A stretch of 64,000 nt of DNA from Planctomycetia bacterium (GTDB taxonomy: Bacteria > Planctomycetota > JAJSAM01 > JAJVHW01). Shown in pieces: positions 1 to 10,300 of the stretch; within the stretch, counting starts at the first letter, position 1; each line of letters starts with the position of its first letter. Under the pieces are notes generated by a model that saw nothing but the letters and a program-made list of their open reading frames with translations, made no database searches and was not told the DNA's origin. The translations under genes were made by a program, and so were the position numbers. Location: NCBI GenBank assembly GCA_031404455.1, contig JANNHP010000312.1:25780-89779 (forward strand), in the 5' to 3' direction.

Positions 1-38
1 CGGCCCCGGCGACGTCGCGGTTGCGCGGTGCAAGGCCT

Positions 39-839
39 TCATCGGCCTGCGACCTCGATCCGCAGGTCCTTGATCTCGAGGATCGGGCGCGGCTCCTCGC
101 CGACGACGAACGTCCGCTGCCCTATGCCGCGCATCGGGGCGCCGTCGCCGCCGCGCCAGTCCGTCGAGCGCCCGAGCTTCTCGGCCGCGCCGGCGGTGCC
201 CTCGGGGTCGGCGTAGATCGCGGGCAGGAACACCTCGCCGTCCGGGCCGTCCTTGACCGACATCGCCGCGCGGCGCCACAGCAGGTCGCGCGGCCGCGTG
301 GGCACGCGGAACTCGATCGTCGTCACGCGCTCGAAGGGGATCCAGTACGACTTCCCGGTCGTCGTCAGCACCTCGAACACGTCCGCGGTCAGGTCGTCGA
401 GGTCGCGCACTTCGTCGAACGGCGCGCCGTCGCACGTCCCGCGGAGCGGCACGCGGAGTGCCTCCGCCGACTCGAGGAGCTCCATCGCCGCGGCGGCGTG
501 TCCGGCGCGGATCTCGGTGAGCGCGCGGAGGCGGATCGACATCGACTCGGTCGGCAGGCCGATGAACTCGGGCACGCGGCCCTCGGTGTAGAGCTGGCGC
601 CGCGCCTGCTCGGCGCGGACGAGCTGACGCACGAGGGCGATCCCCGCGGCACCCTGCGAGTCCCCCTGTGTCAGGACGTCGAGCTGCGCGTCCGCCTTCT
701 CGAAGTTCCCCGCGAGGCAGTGGAGCTCCGCGAGGAACCCGCGGCGGTCCGTGTCGGTCGGACGGCTCCGCACCTCCTCGTTCATCGCAGCGATCGCCTC
801 GGCAAGTTTCCCCGCGCGGTACAGCTCCTTCGCGTCCAT
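39..839 (-). CDS. tagJ: T6SS-associated ImpE/TagJ family protein
   Basis: 266 aa. N-terminal TPR-like helical region (FLAELHCLAGNFEKADAQLDVL) and C-terminal ImpE-type domain. Lies directly after the tssC pair, as impE does in Agrobacterium/Rhizobium imp operons. Confidence 0.7.
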   Translation of the reverse strand: MDAKELYRAGKLAEAIAAMNEEVRSRPTDTDRRGFLAELHCLAGNFEKADAQLDVLTQGDSQGAAGIALVRQLVRAEQARRQLYTEGRVPEFIGLPTESMSIRLRALTEIRAGHAAAAMELLESAEALRVPLRGTCDGAPFDEVRDLDDLTADVFEVLTTTGKSYWIPFERVTTIEFRVPTRPRDLLWRRAAMSVKDGPDGEVFLPAIYADPEGTAGAAEKLGRSTDWRGGDGAPMRGIGQRTFVVGEEPRPILEIKDLRIEVAGR

Positions 840-852
840 CGGATCTCTCCTC

Positions 853-2445
853 TCAGCCCGCCCGGACCGGGGCGAACTCGGTGACGAGTCTCACGGCCGC
901 AGCGATCTGGTCGAGCTGGTAGTGCGGCCTCAGGTGAACGACGCAGAAGTAGGCGCCCGGCTTCGCGGGGTGCTCGCGCACCTCGACATGAGCGTCGCGC
1001 AGAGGGTAGCGCGCCCTCGTCGCCGGCGATGCGTCGTCGTCGGCGGTGGTGTACTTCCCGAGCCAGTCCTCGAGCTGCCGCTGGCACTCGGCGGCGGTCG
1101 CGTAGCTGCCGACCTTGTCGCGCCCCATGGCCTTCACGAAGTGCGCGAACCGCGAGACGCACAGCATGTACTGGATCATCGACGAGAGCTTCGCGTTGTT
1201 GGCGGCGGCGCGCTTGTCGAAGTGCGGCGGGAGCTGCGCGCTCGGCGTGCCGAAGAAGGCCGCGAGCCGCGTCCCGTCGAGCGGGCAGAGCGCCATGAAC
1301 CCGAGGTCGCCTAGCTCGTGCTCCAGGCGGTCCGTCACGAGGACGTCGGTCGGGATCTTCGGCGCGACGCCCTTCCCGTCGGTCTCGAAGTCCGGGACGA
1401 CGAGCCCTTCGACCACGCCGCGGCGCGCGCCCTCGTCGCCGAGGCCGCGGATCTCGGCCGGCCACGACGACTCCGCGAAAGCGCGCGCGACGACCGAGCC
1501 GAACGCGTAGACGGCGGTCCCGAAGAGCAGCCCCGAGCCGTCGGGAAGCGATGTGTCCTCGTGGTAGCGGAAGCCGTCCGCGCGCGACCCGTCGTCGCGC
1601 CACGGCAGCCGGGAGAGGACACGGGGCAGCGCCAGCGCGACGAACCGCGCGTCGTCCATCCGCCGGAACGCGGTCCAGCGCGTGTACTCGGGCAAGGCGA
1701 ACGTCTTGACGAGATCGAGCTGCTGCGCGATGTCGGCGAAGCGGTCCACCCCGAAGAGCGACGGGTGGCAGCCCACGACGAACGGCGCGAACGCGGCGGC
1801 CGCGACGTGAGCGATCGCCGCGAGCACGGCCACGTCGCCCGCGCCGTGGCCGGGACGCGGGCGGTGCGAGACGTCGTAGTCGCCGAGGACGAGACCGAAC
1901 GGCTCGCCTCCCGCCGCGCCGAACTCCGCGTCGTGGATCTTGCGGAAGAGCTGGCTCTGGTCGAACTCGATGGCGCGCTCGACGTCGCGCGCGAGCTCCG
2001 GCCACGAGCAGCTCATCACGCGGATCTTGACGGGCGGGCCCTCGCCCCCGCGGTGGAGGTCCGCGCGTTCCACGAGGTACATCAGTCCCCGCCACGACGC
2101 CTCGATCTGCTGGAACCGCGGGTGATGGAGCACGGCGTCGACCTGCAGGCGCAGCATCTCGTCGATGCGCGCGATGTCGTTCGCGACGCGGAGGTCGAGC
2201 CGCGCGCGAGCGCGGTCTCCCGCGGGCAGCAGCTCGTCGCCGAACCAGAGCGAGAGCGCGCGATCGGGCAGCGGCTCGGCGAGGAACGCGCACAACGCGA
2301 GATCTGCGCGCGCCGCGCTTTCCCGCGTTGCGAGGACGCCGGCCGAGATCGCGTCTCGCGCCGCCACGCTGCCGCCCGCTGACCCTCTTCCGGACGGTGG
2401 TTGCGCCGATGGGCGCGACGACGGCGGATCGCCCCCGTCGGTCAA
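853..2445 (-). CDS. tssC: T6SS contractile sheath large subunit TssC/VipB, paralog 2, with Pro/Gly-rich N-terminal extension
   Basis: 530 aa. Conserved TssC core blocks ([60 protein letters not shown]). Second tssC copy adjacent to the first. Confidence 0.85.
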   Translation of the reverse strand: MTDGGDPPSSRPSAQPPSGRGSAGGSVAARDAISAGVLATRESAARADLALCAFLAEPLPDRALSLWFGDELLPAGDRARARLDLRVANDIARIDEMLRLQVDAVLHHPRFQQIEASWRGLMYLVERADLHRGGEGPPVKIRVMSCSWPELARDVERAIEFDQSQLFRKIHDAEFGAAGGEPFGLVLGDYDVSHRPRPGHGAGDVAVLAAIAHVAAAAFAPFVVGCHPSLFGVDRFADIAQQLDLVKTFALPEYTRWTAFRRMDDARFVALALPRVLSRLPWRDDGSRADGFRYHEDTSLPDGSGLLFGTAVYAFGSVVARAFAESSWPAEIRGLGDEGARRGVVEGLVVPDFETDGKGVAPKIPTDVLVTDRLEHELGDLGFMALCPLDGTRLAAFFGTPSAQLPPHFDKRAAANNAKLSSMIQYMLCVSRFAHFVKAMGRDKVGSYATAAECQRQLEDWLGKYTTADDDASPATRARYPLRDAHVEVREHPAKPGAYFCVVHLRPHYQLDQIAAAVRLVTEFAPVRAG

Positions 2446-2512
2446 AGGTCCGTTCGGGCGCCGCGGTCCACGAGGGCCGCGGTCCGGCCCTCGTGCGTGC
2501 CGCGGCGGCCGG

Positions 2513-3982
2513 TCATCCGATCTTCGGGACCTGCGCGACCATGCGCATGGACGCCGTCAGCTCCTCCATCTGGAGCCACGGCCTCAGCCACGCGACGGCG
2601 TTGTAGGAGCCCGGTGCGCCCGGGACCTCCTTCACCTCGATCTTCGCGTCGGCCAGCGGGTACTTGGCCTTCAGCGCCTGGCTCGAGGACGCGTCCGCGT
2701 TCACGTAGCCGCTGATCCAGTTGTTCAGCCAGCGCTCGCAGTCGCTCGCCTCCATGAAGGAGCCGATCTTGTCGCGCGCCATCACCTTGAGGAAGTGCGC
2801 GATGCGTCCGGTCGCCATGATGTACGGCATGCGGGCCGAGATGGCCGCGTTCGCGGTCGCCGCGGGCTTGTCGTACTTCTTCGGTTTCTGCGCGGTCTGC
2901 GCGCCGAAGAACACCGCGTAGTCGGTGTGGCTGTAGTGGCAGAGCGGCATGAACCCGAGCTTGCTGAGCTCCGCCTCGCGGCGATCGGTCACCGCGATCT
3001 CGGTCGGGCACTTCGTGTCGATGTCGCCGTCGTCGCTGCGGAACGTGTGCGCCGGCAGCCCGGAGACCTTTCCGCCGCCCTCGGCGCCGCGGATCGCCGT
3101 GCACCAGCCGTTCTGGGCGAAAGCGTCCGTGAGCTTGGTTCCGTACACGTAAGAAGCGTTCATCCAGCAGTACTTGTCGTGGTCGATCTTCCCGGAGCCG
3201 ACTTCCTCGTAGGCGAACTCCTCGATCGGCTTCGTCGCGGCGCCGTAGGGCAGCCGCGCGAGCGAGCGGGGCATCGTGAGGCAGACGAAGCGCGAGTCGT
3301 CGGAGTCGCGGAAGCTCCGCCACTTCGCGTACTCGTCGGACTCGAAGATCTTCTCGAGGTCGCGGGGCTTCGAGAGCTCCTCCCACGAGCTGAACCCCAT
3401 GAGCTTCGGGTCGGCAGCCGTGATGAAGGGAGCGAACGCCGCCGCGGCGACGTTCGACATCTTCGTGAGGAGTTCGACGTCCTCGGGGTGCTTGGTGATC
3501 TCGTAGTCGCCGATGAGCGCTCCGAACGGCTCGCCGCCCGGCGAGCCGAACTCGTTCTCGTAGAGCTTCTTGAAGATCTGGCTCTGGTCGAACTCGACGG
3601 CCTTGTCGAGGTCCTTGAAGAGGGCACTCTTCGAGACGTTCATGACCCGGATCTTGAGCGTGGCGCTCGTCTCCGAGTTCATCACGAGGTAGTTGAGCCC
3701 GCGCCAGCTCCCCTCGAGCTGCTGGAACTTGGGGTTGTGCATCACCGCGGCGAGCTGCGCCGAGACCGCCGCGTCGATCGCCTTGATCGCCTTGTTGATC
3801 GAGACGGTGACGCTCTTCTCCCACTTGAGGGAGCCCTTCATGGCCTCGGTGGTGAGGGCGCGCAGAAGCGACTCGGCCTCCGAGCGCTCGGTCTGCTTCG
3901 TGGCGCCGATGGCGGCCTCGAGGAGGCTCTCGCCCCCCTGGCCTTCGGACTTCCCCTGCGCGGAGCGTTCCTGCGAGCTCAT
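2513..3982 (-). CDS. tssC: T6SS contractile sheath large subunit TssC/VipB, paralog 1
   Basis: 489 aa. Canonical TssC motifs ([52 protein letters not shown]). Start overlaps the tssB stop by 4 nt. Confidence 0.9.
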   Translation of the reverse strand: MSSQERSAQGKSEGQGGESLLEAAIGATKQTERSEAESLLRALTTEAMKGSLKWEKSVTVSINKAIKAIDAAVSAQLAAVMHNPKFQQLEGSWRGLNYLVMNSETSATLKIRVMNVSKSALFKDLDKAVEFDQSQIFKKLYENEFGSPGGEPFGALIGDYEITKHPEDVELLTKMSNVAAAAFAPFITAADPKLMGFSSWEELSKPRDLEKIFESDEYAKWRSFRDSDDSRFVCLTMPRSLARLPYGAATKPIEEFAYEEVGSGKIDHDKYCWMNASYVYGTKLTDAFAQNGWCTAIRGAEGGGKVSGLPAHTFRSDDGDIDTKCPTEIAVTDRREAELSKLGFMPLCHYSHTDYAVFFGAQTAQKPKKYDKPAATANAAISARMPYIMATGRIAHFLKVMARDKIGSFMEASDCERWLNNWISGYVNADASSSQALKAKYPLADAKIEVKEVPGAPGSYNAVAWLRPWLQMEELTASMRMVAQVPKIG

Positions 3983-4494
3983 GCCGCACCTCCGCTCTCG
4001 CCGCCCTGGCCGAGGTCGCCCGCCAGCTTGGCGAGGTCCTCCTGGTTCTTCAGCACGCGCTCGAGGAGAGAGTCGAGCTCGTCGGAGCGGTCCGCCTTCG
4101 AGAGGAGGTCGCGCAGCTTGTTGCGCGTCTCGATGAGCTTGCGCAGCGGCTCGACCTGGTTCGCGACGCGCGCGGGCTCGAAGTCCGCCATCGAGCCGAA
4201 CTTCAGCTCGACGCCGATCTCGCTGCCGTCCTTCTGGAGCGTGTTCTCGACCTTCATCTTGAGACCGGGCGTCATCTTCGACATCACGTCGTCGAAGTTG
4301 TCGCGGTCGATCTGCACGAACTTGCGGTCCTTCAGCGGCTTGAGCGCCGTCGTCGGGTCGCCCGAGAAGTCGCCCATCACGCCGACGACGAAGGGCAGCG
4401 TCTTCTCGACCATCGCCCCTTCGGTCTCGACTTCGTAGCTCAGGTGGACGCGCGGCTTCCTGACGCGTCCGAGCTTGTCATGGATACTCGCCAT
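3979..4494 (-). CDS. tssB: T6SS contractile sheath small subunit TssB/VipA
   Basis: 171 aa. Conserved TssB core ([27 protein letters not shown]). Immediately upstream of tssC. Confidence 0.9.
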   Translation of the reverse strand: MASIHDKLGRVRKPRVHLSYEVETEGAMVEKTLPFVVGVMGDFSGDPTTALKPLKDRKFVQIDRDNFDDVMSKMTPGLKMKVENTLQKDGSEIGVELKFGSMADFEPARVANQVEPLRKLIETRNKLRDLLSKADRSDELDSLLERVLKNQEDLAKLAGDLGQGGESGGAA

Positions 4495-4621
4495 CGGTCG
4501 GTTCCTCCCTCGGTCGCGTTTCGGTGCGGGGCATGCTGCCCGGGTTCGCGGGCGGCCCGCACGCGGTTCGGCATCCTAATGTCCGGCTTCCGCGATCCAC
4601 AAGCAGCGTCTTCAGCCCCCG

Positions 4622-5719
4622 TCAGGCGGACGGCGGCGACATCCCGGTGATGCGGAAGAGCTGCGCGCGGACCCCTTCGTCTGCGATGAGCTCCGTCAGA
4701 AGATCGGGCAAAGGCATCCGGCCCCAGCGGACGGCCTGCTGCAGGGTGTACGAGAGCGGCGAGTGCGGCTCCGTCCGCCGGAAGTACTCCGCGACGAGCT
4801 CGAGCTGGCGGAAGGCGTCTTCGCGCGAGCCGAGCGCACCGCCGCCGCCGCCCGTCGCGCCGCCGGAGACCGCAGGCCCGGCGGAACCCTCCGCCGGCGC
4901 TTCGTCGGCAGCGAGGAACTCGCGCGCGACGAGACGGAGCCTCTCGTCGAACTTCTCGAGCGCCGTGCGGACGTTCGACGTCGGCGGCGCGTCGTACCCG
5001 CACTTCTCGTCGAGCACCTTGCCGAGCGCGTCGAACTCCTCGCGCGCCGCGGCGAGGTCGGCAGCGAGCGTCCGGTAGAAGTCCGCGCCCGCGCTGCGCA
5101 CGGCGGAATCGAACGCGAGGAGCGAGACGGCGCCGTCGGCCACCTTCGCCTGCCGTTCCTCGGCGGGAAGGCGCTCGAGCTCCCCAGCCTTGTCGTGCTC
5201 CCAGGCGCCCCACGGCTCGCCCTCGGGACCGGTCGCGAGAGGCCGTCCGCGGATCGGCGCGACGAGCGTGCCCTCGGCGTCGCTCCCGTTCAGCCCGGTC
5301 AAGGGCGCGACGCGCGTCGCGACGCCCTCTTCGTCGGGCATGGGGAAGATGCCGTCCCAGTACGACTCGCAGAGCCGACGGGCGAGGCGGAACCCGTCGC
5401 GCAGGCCGGCGAACCCGTGCTTCCTGACGAGCGCCTCGATCAGCCACGCCACGATCTCGAGGTCCTTCGACCGCTCGGTCAGGAGCTTCGGCGCGAGATC
5501 GAGCACCGGCGACCAGTCGGGCGGATCCATCTCGGCCGTCGGATCGAGGAGGATCTGACGCTCGGCCGCACGCGCTGCGTTGCGCGCGTCCTTGATCGCG
5601 TAGTACGGCGACGACGGCGTGTCGTCGGCGCGCAGATCGGTGCCGGTCGGGGAGTCTCCGGGGCAGGGCAAGGCCATCGCCTCGACGTCGATCACGGGCG
5701 CGGTCTGCGATTCGGACAT
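4622..5719 (-). CDS. tssA: T6SS protein TssA (ImpA N-terminal domain family)
   Basis: ImpA_N-like N-terminus (PVIDVEAMALPCPGDSPTGTDLRADDTPSSPYYAIKDARN). Start placed at the internal Met (MSESQT) to avoid a 40-nt overlap with tagF; the ORF tool start is 5797. Confidence 0.7.
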   Translation of the reverse strand: MSESQTAPVIDVEAMALPCPGDSPTGTDLRADDTPSSPYYAIKDARNAARAAERQILLDPTAEMDPPDWSPVLDLAPKLLTERSKDLEIVAWLIEALVRKHGFAGLRDGFRLARRLCESYWDGIFPMPDEEGVATRVAPLTGLNGSDAEGTLVAPIRGRPLATGPEGEPWGAWEHDKAGELERLPAEERQAKVADGAVSLLAFDSAVRSAGADFYRTLAADLAAAREEFDALGKVLDEKCGYDAPPTSNVRTALEKFDERLRLVAREFLAADEAPAEGSAGPAVSGGATGGGGGALGSREDAFRQLELVAEYFRRTEPHSPLSYTLQQAVRWGRMPLPDLLTELIADEGVRAQLFRITGMSPPSA

Positions 5720-5756
5720 GGGAGTGACCTCCGGAACTGTGGGCCTGGCACGCGTC

Positions 5757-7283
5757 TCACGCCGGAGCGCGGCCGCCGGGCCGCGGCGTCCTGGCACACG
5801 CCTCGTCGATGCTCCTGAGCAGCCGGTCCTCGGTGGCGCGGTGGACCCGCCGGATCTGCTCGACGAGCTCCAGCGCCTCCGCGTAGTCGGCGATCTGGCT
5901 CTCGATGACGCGGATCGCGGCCGCGGGCACGCCGTCGAGCATCGCGGGGCGCCCCTTGTCGTCGAGGTAGATCAGCGTCGAGGCGCCCGACGCGACGTCG
6001 CCGGTCACGCTGGCCGAGCTCGCGGCGGTCGACGCGCGCACGAGTCGTCCCGAGAGCAGCGGTCCCGCGGCGAGCTGCCGGATCCTCGCGTCGATCGCGT
6101 CGGTCCCCGACATCGGCGCGGCGGGCTGCGCGGTGATCGGCGCGCCGTCGGGCGCCTCGACGAGGATCCCCGCCGTCGTCGGCGCGTCGGTCTGCGGCGG
6201 GCGGGCGCGCACGTCCGCGCTCGCCGTCGTCACCTCGGGTCCCATCTCGCCCGTGATGTCGCCGTCCGCCGTGGCGGGCTCGGCGGACGCTCCCCCGTCG
6301 GGCGGGAGCGCGGGCACGAGCGGCGCGACCTCGGGCGGCGGGAGCGGGTCCCCGGAGATCTCGAGGACGGTCGCGACCGATGGGGACCCTGACGACCAGC
6401 GGCGCTGGAACGCATCGAGCGCGCGCGCGTCCGGCGCGACCGCGGCGGCGCCGCGGAAGCCGATGCTGTCGGCGCGACGGTAGCCGTCGGCCGGCGCGAG
6501 GATGAACCCGAGGTCGGCCGCGGAGAGCGGACGGTGGAACACGAAGAGCGACGGTCCGGGCGCGCTCGCGTGCCTCACGAACAGCGCGCCGTCCAAGTCC
6601 TCAACGTCGAGCCGGCGAGTGAGGATGTGCATCCACCCCGCGGCCTCGGCCTCCGGATCGGTGGCGTGGACGAGCCGCATGCGCAGCGCGAACTCCGGCA
6701 GCTCGGCCGCCCCGCGCAGCGCATCGGCGTATCGCTGGAGCTCCTGCAGGTGCAGGCCGAACGGAGCGGCGTCGTCGCGCCGCAGCAGCGCCCCGTGCGC
6801 GCGGTCGACGAACGCGTGCCAAACCGCGTCGGCGTCGAGAAGCGCCGGCGCCGGCACGTCGAACTTGGCGTACTGCTCGCGGATGCTCTTGAGCCGCGCC
6901 GCTTGCGCGCGAATCTCCCGGATGCCCTGCCACACCGCTGCGGCCGCGATCAGCTTGCGCGGTCCGTGCGGCTCGAGCTGCGCCTCGGGGTACGACGCGA
7001 AGATCGCGAAGGGGAACCGGCGCCCCGCCGCGTCGCTGCTCGGCCACATCGCGCCGACGAGTGCGCGTCTCGTCCCGGGCGGCCGCCACGCGAACGCGAT
7101 CGTCTGATCGGCGGCGACCACGGCGTCGGGGGGCATCGCGCTCGTGCCGTCGGCGAGCCAGCCGGTGAACGCCTGCGCCTCGGCGCCCTCGGCGTTCAGG
7201 CTGACGAAGTCGCCGTAGGTCGGCAGCTTGCCGAAGCACCCGAACCGTATCTCTGGCATGCGCTGCGAGCCGAAGAGGCGCAT
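5757..7283 (-). CDS. tagF: T6SS-associated TagF/ImpM family protein with ~300 aa C-terminal extension of unknown function
   Basis: 508 aa. N-terminal TagF signature (FGCFGKLPTYGDFVS, about 200 aa). Low-complexity Pro/Ala/Thr linker, then a C-terminal ~80 aa domain. No PP2C phosphatase motifs. Confidence 0.7.
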   Translation of the reverse strand: MRLFGSQRMPEIRFGCFGKLPTYGDFVSLNAEGAEAQAFTGWLADGTSAMPPDAVVAADQTIAFAWRPPGTRRALVGAMWPSSDAAGRRFPFAIFASYPEAQLEPHGPRKLIAAAAVWQGIREIRAQAARLKSIREQYAKFDVPAPALLDADAVWHAFVDRAHGALLRRDDAAPFGLHLQELQRYADALRGAAELPEFALRMRLVHATDPEAEAAGWMHILTRRLDVEDLDGALFVRHASAPGPSLFVFHRPLSAADLGFILAPADGYRRADSIGFRGAAAVAPDARALDAFQRRWSSGSPSVATVLEISGDPLPPPEVAPLVPALPPDGGASAEPATADGDITGEMGPEVTTASADVRARPPQTDAPTTAGILVEAPDGAPITAQPAAPMSGTDAIDARIRQLAAGPLLSGRLVRASTAASSASVTGDVASGASTLIYLDDKGRPAMLDGVPAAAIRVIESQIADYAEALELVEQIRRVHRATEDRLLRSIDEACARTPRPGGRAPA

Positions 7284-7324
7284 CGTCTAGTCCTCGCTCC
7301 GCGGACGGCGGGATGACTTCTGCG

Positions 7325-10300
7325 TCATCGCGGCAGGATCCTCACGCAGGTCTCGGGCAGCCGCGTGTCCTCCGGCGCCGCGTTCAGCCGGCGGATGCGG
7401 TCCGCGTTGGCCGTGACCAGGCGGAACTTCGCGTGGTCGCCCTTGAACTCGCCGGTCCCCTCCCAGTCGAGCGCGTCGGAGGAGGTTCCGAGGCCGCTGG
7501 TCAGCGCCGCGACGACGCAGTCCGGAGTGGTCCACGCGCGGAACGTCTTCGAGTCGTTCGTCCGCTCGTTGCGCATGCGGATCGTGAAGTACTCGCCCTT
7601 GTTCGGGGCGAACGTGAACGAGAGCTGCTTCGCGGCGTTGGGCAGCCACTTCTCGGTGGCCGGCGCCTTGCCCTGCTGCTTGTACTCCACCTCGACGAGC
7701 GGGAAGCCCTTGTCGGACTGGCTCGTCGGCACGGCCACGCACTCGATCGTCACCGTGATCTCGTCGAACGCTCCGGGCCCGAGCGTCGCGGCGGCCTGCT
7801 CGAAGCGGCCGACGAACTCCGGCGGGAGCTCGAGCCGCCGGCCCGGCGTGTCGGCGAGGGAGTCGCCGAAGAAGACGACGAAGGCACCGCGCATCCGGGC
7901 CATGGCCTGGCTCGCCGAGCTCGTCGATTCCGGCGACGGGGATTTCAGCGCCGCCTCGATGCGCTGGCGCTCGAGCGACCAGTTCCGGTTGAACCAGTCG
8001 CGCAGCCGCGTGACGAGATCTTCTTCTCCCGCGGCGAGCGCCGCGACGAGGGCCGCCTTCGCGTCGCCGAACGGGCCGTCCTCGGGCAGACGATCCACCG
8101 CACCCGGCTGACGCCACGCCGGCGACGCCGCCGAGCGGCCGAGCTTCGTGGCGAACTCCGCGAGCGACGCCTCGGAGACGTCGCGGCCGGCGCACTTCCT
8201 CAGTTCGTCGGCGGCCCGGCTGCCGCTCGCGACTCCCGCGACGAACGCGCGGTAGCGGGCGATCGGCTTCGCGAGCTTGGCGCGCCAGATCGCCGCGGCG
8301 CCCGAGTCGCCCGCCGTGTCGGCGTCGAACCGGCTCACGCGATCCTCGCCCCAGTTCTGCGTCACGAGGGCGGCGAGCCGTCCGATCGCGCCCGCCGGAT
8401 CGGCCCACGCGTCGATGCAGGACCGCCAGCTCCCGGTGTCGGCGGTCTCGGCTCGGATGCGCTGCGACCACTGCGACTCGGCGGTCGTGACGACGACTCC
8501 GAAACTGTCGGCCACGCGCGCCTCGATCGCCTTGAGGAGCGGCTCCGAGACGAGACGGTTCTTCGCTCCGAGGTCGAGCGGCGCCGCGAGCTGCGCGAGG
8601 TCCTTGTCGAGATCGGCGATACCGGGCGGCGGACGTCGCGCGGTCTCGATGCGCTGCGCGTACGAGGCGAAGCCGTCGGGATCGGTGACGAACTCCTCGA
8701 GCATGCGCTCGAGCCGCAGCGCCTCGCCGAGACGGATGACCGGGTGACGCTGCAGCGTCTCCGCAGTGGAACCCTCGACGAGCGGGAGGAGCTGCTGCAC
8801 CACGGTCTGCGCCCACGGTCCCTGCTTCGAGCGGAACGTCGCGTCGAGCGCGATCGTCGCCTCGGACATCCCGATCGTCACCTGCCACGTCCGCCGCTCC
8901 GCCGGCGACGTCGGCCCCTCGGCGAGGAGTTCGGCGGTCGCCTTGGCGAGCGTGTCGAGCGCCGTCAGCATCCGCCCGCTCGCCTCCGCCTGCGGCGCCG
9001 CGGCGCCCGACTTCACGCGGTCGGCCTCGGCTTGCGCGTACTGCCGGACCGCGGCGTATCCCTCGATCGCGGCGAGCTGCGCGTCCGTGCGCACCTTCGC
9101 ATCGGCGAGCGCCTTCAAGCTCTCCGCGACCGATCCGAGGATCGAGAGGTCGGCGGACGCCGCGGGTCCCGGTCCCGCGGGCGCGGGCTCCGTTGCGAGC
9201 GTCGCGGCGATCGCCTCGAGTTCGCGGCGCAGCTTCTCCTTCGGCACGTTGGCGCTCTGGAGGAGCAGGTCCGCGTGGGCGCACTCCTTCAGGAACGCCG
9301 TCCGGCGCGAGTCGATCTGGGCGCTCGTGCCCGCAGAGATCGCCGAGCGCGAATCGAGCGCCGCCCGCACGCGGCGCAGGTAATCGGCGACGCGCGCGTC
9401 GAACGCCGCGTCGACCGATTCCATCGCCTTCGCCGCCGTCTCGTCGATGCCGCCGTTGCGCCACGCGACCGAGAGGAGCCGCGCGATCTTGCGTTCGGGC
9501 GTGTCCGTTCCGGCCTTCGGGAGGATTCCCGCGGCGACGAGTTCCTCGGCGCGCGCCGTCAGCGCCGCCATCTCGTCCGGCGAGAGCACGCCCGGCGGCA
9601 GGTCGTTCGGATCGGGCGGCGCGGCGCCTTCCTTCGGCGGTTCGGGCGGCGGCGACTTCGTCGCGGCGGGCGGCGCGGTCTTCGCGGCGGCGATCGCTTT
9701 CAGCGCCGAAGCCGTCACGAGGTAGTCCCGGTACGCGGCGACGAGCGGCGCGAGTCCGCCCGCGCCCGTCACGTCGGCGGTCTCGATCGCCTTCCTGCGC
9801 GACTCGAGGAGGGCGCCCACGATCTCGGTCCGGTAGAGACCCGCCTCGCGGTCGGCCATCTCCTTCTGGAGCGGCAGCGGGAGGCTGAGGCCGAGGTTCT
9901 TCCACACTCCGAAGGTCGCCTGCCGCTGCTGCGCGAAGAGACCCTCGCAGCGCGCGAGCACACTCTCGTCGGCCTTGCGCGAATCGCGCAGCGACGCCTC
10001 GACGGCCTCCATGTCGTGGCGCGCGCACGTGCCCGCGGCGAGCACGGCGAGGAACCCGAAGACGCCGAGCGAGCTCGCGGTCAGGTTCATCCCGAGACGC
10101 TTCAGCTTGCCGCGCTCGATCTCGTGCTGCGTCGTCCACGTCATGCCGTGGTCGAGCACGATCCGCTCGCGCATCAGGTCTTTCACGAAGTACGCGTTCT
10201 TGATGAGCACGCCCTGCGCGTCGGCGTCGACCGCGGGCGCGCCGAGGAGCTGTCGCACGCGCGACGCGGCGCGCTGCAGCGGAGTGCCCTGCTGCGTAGC

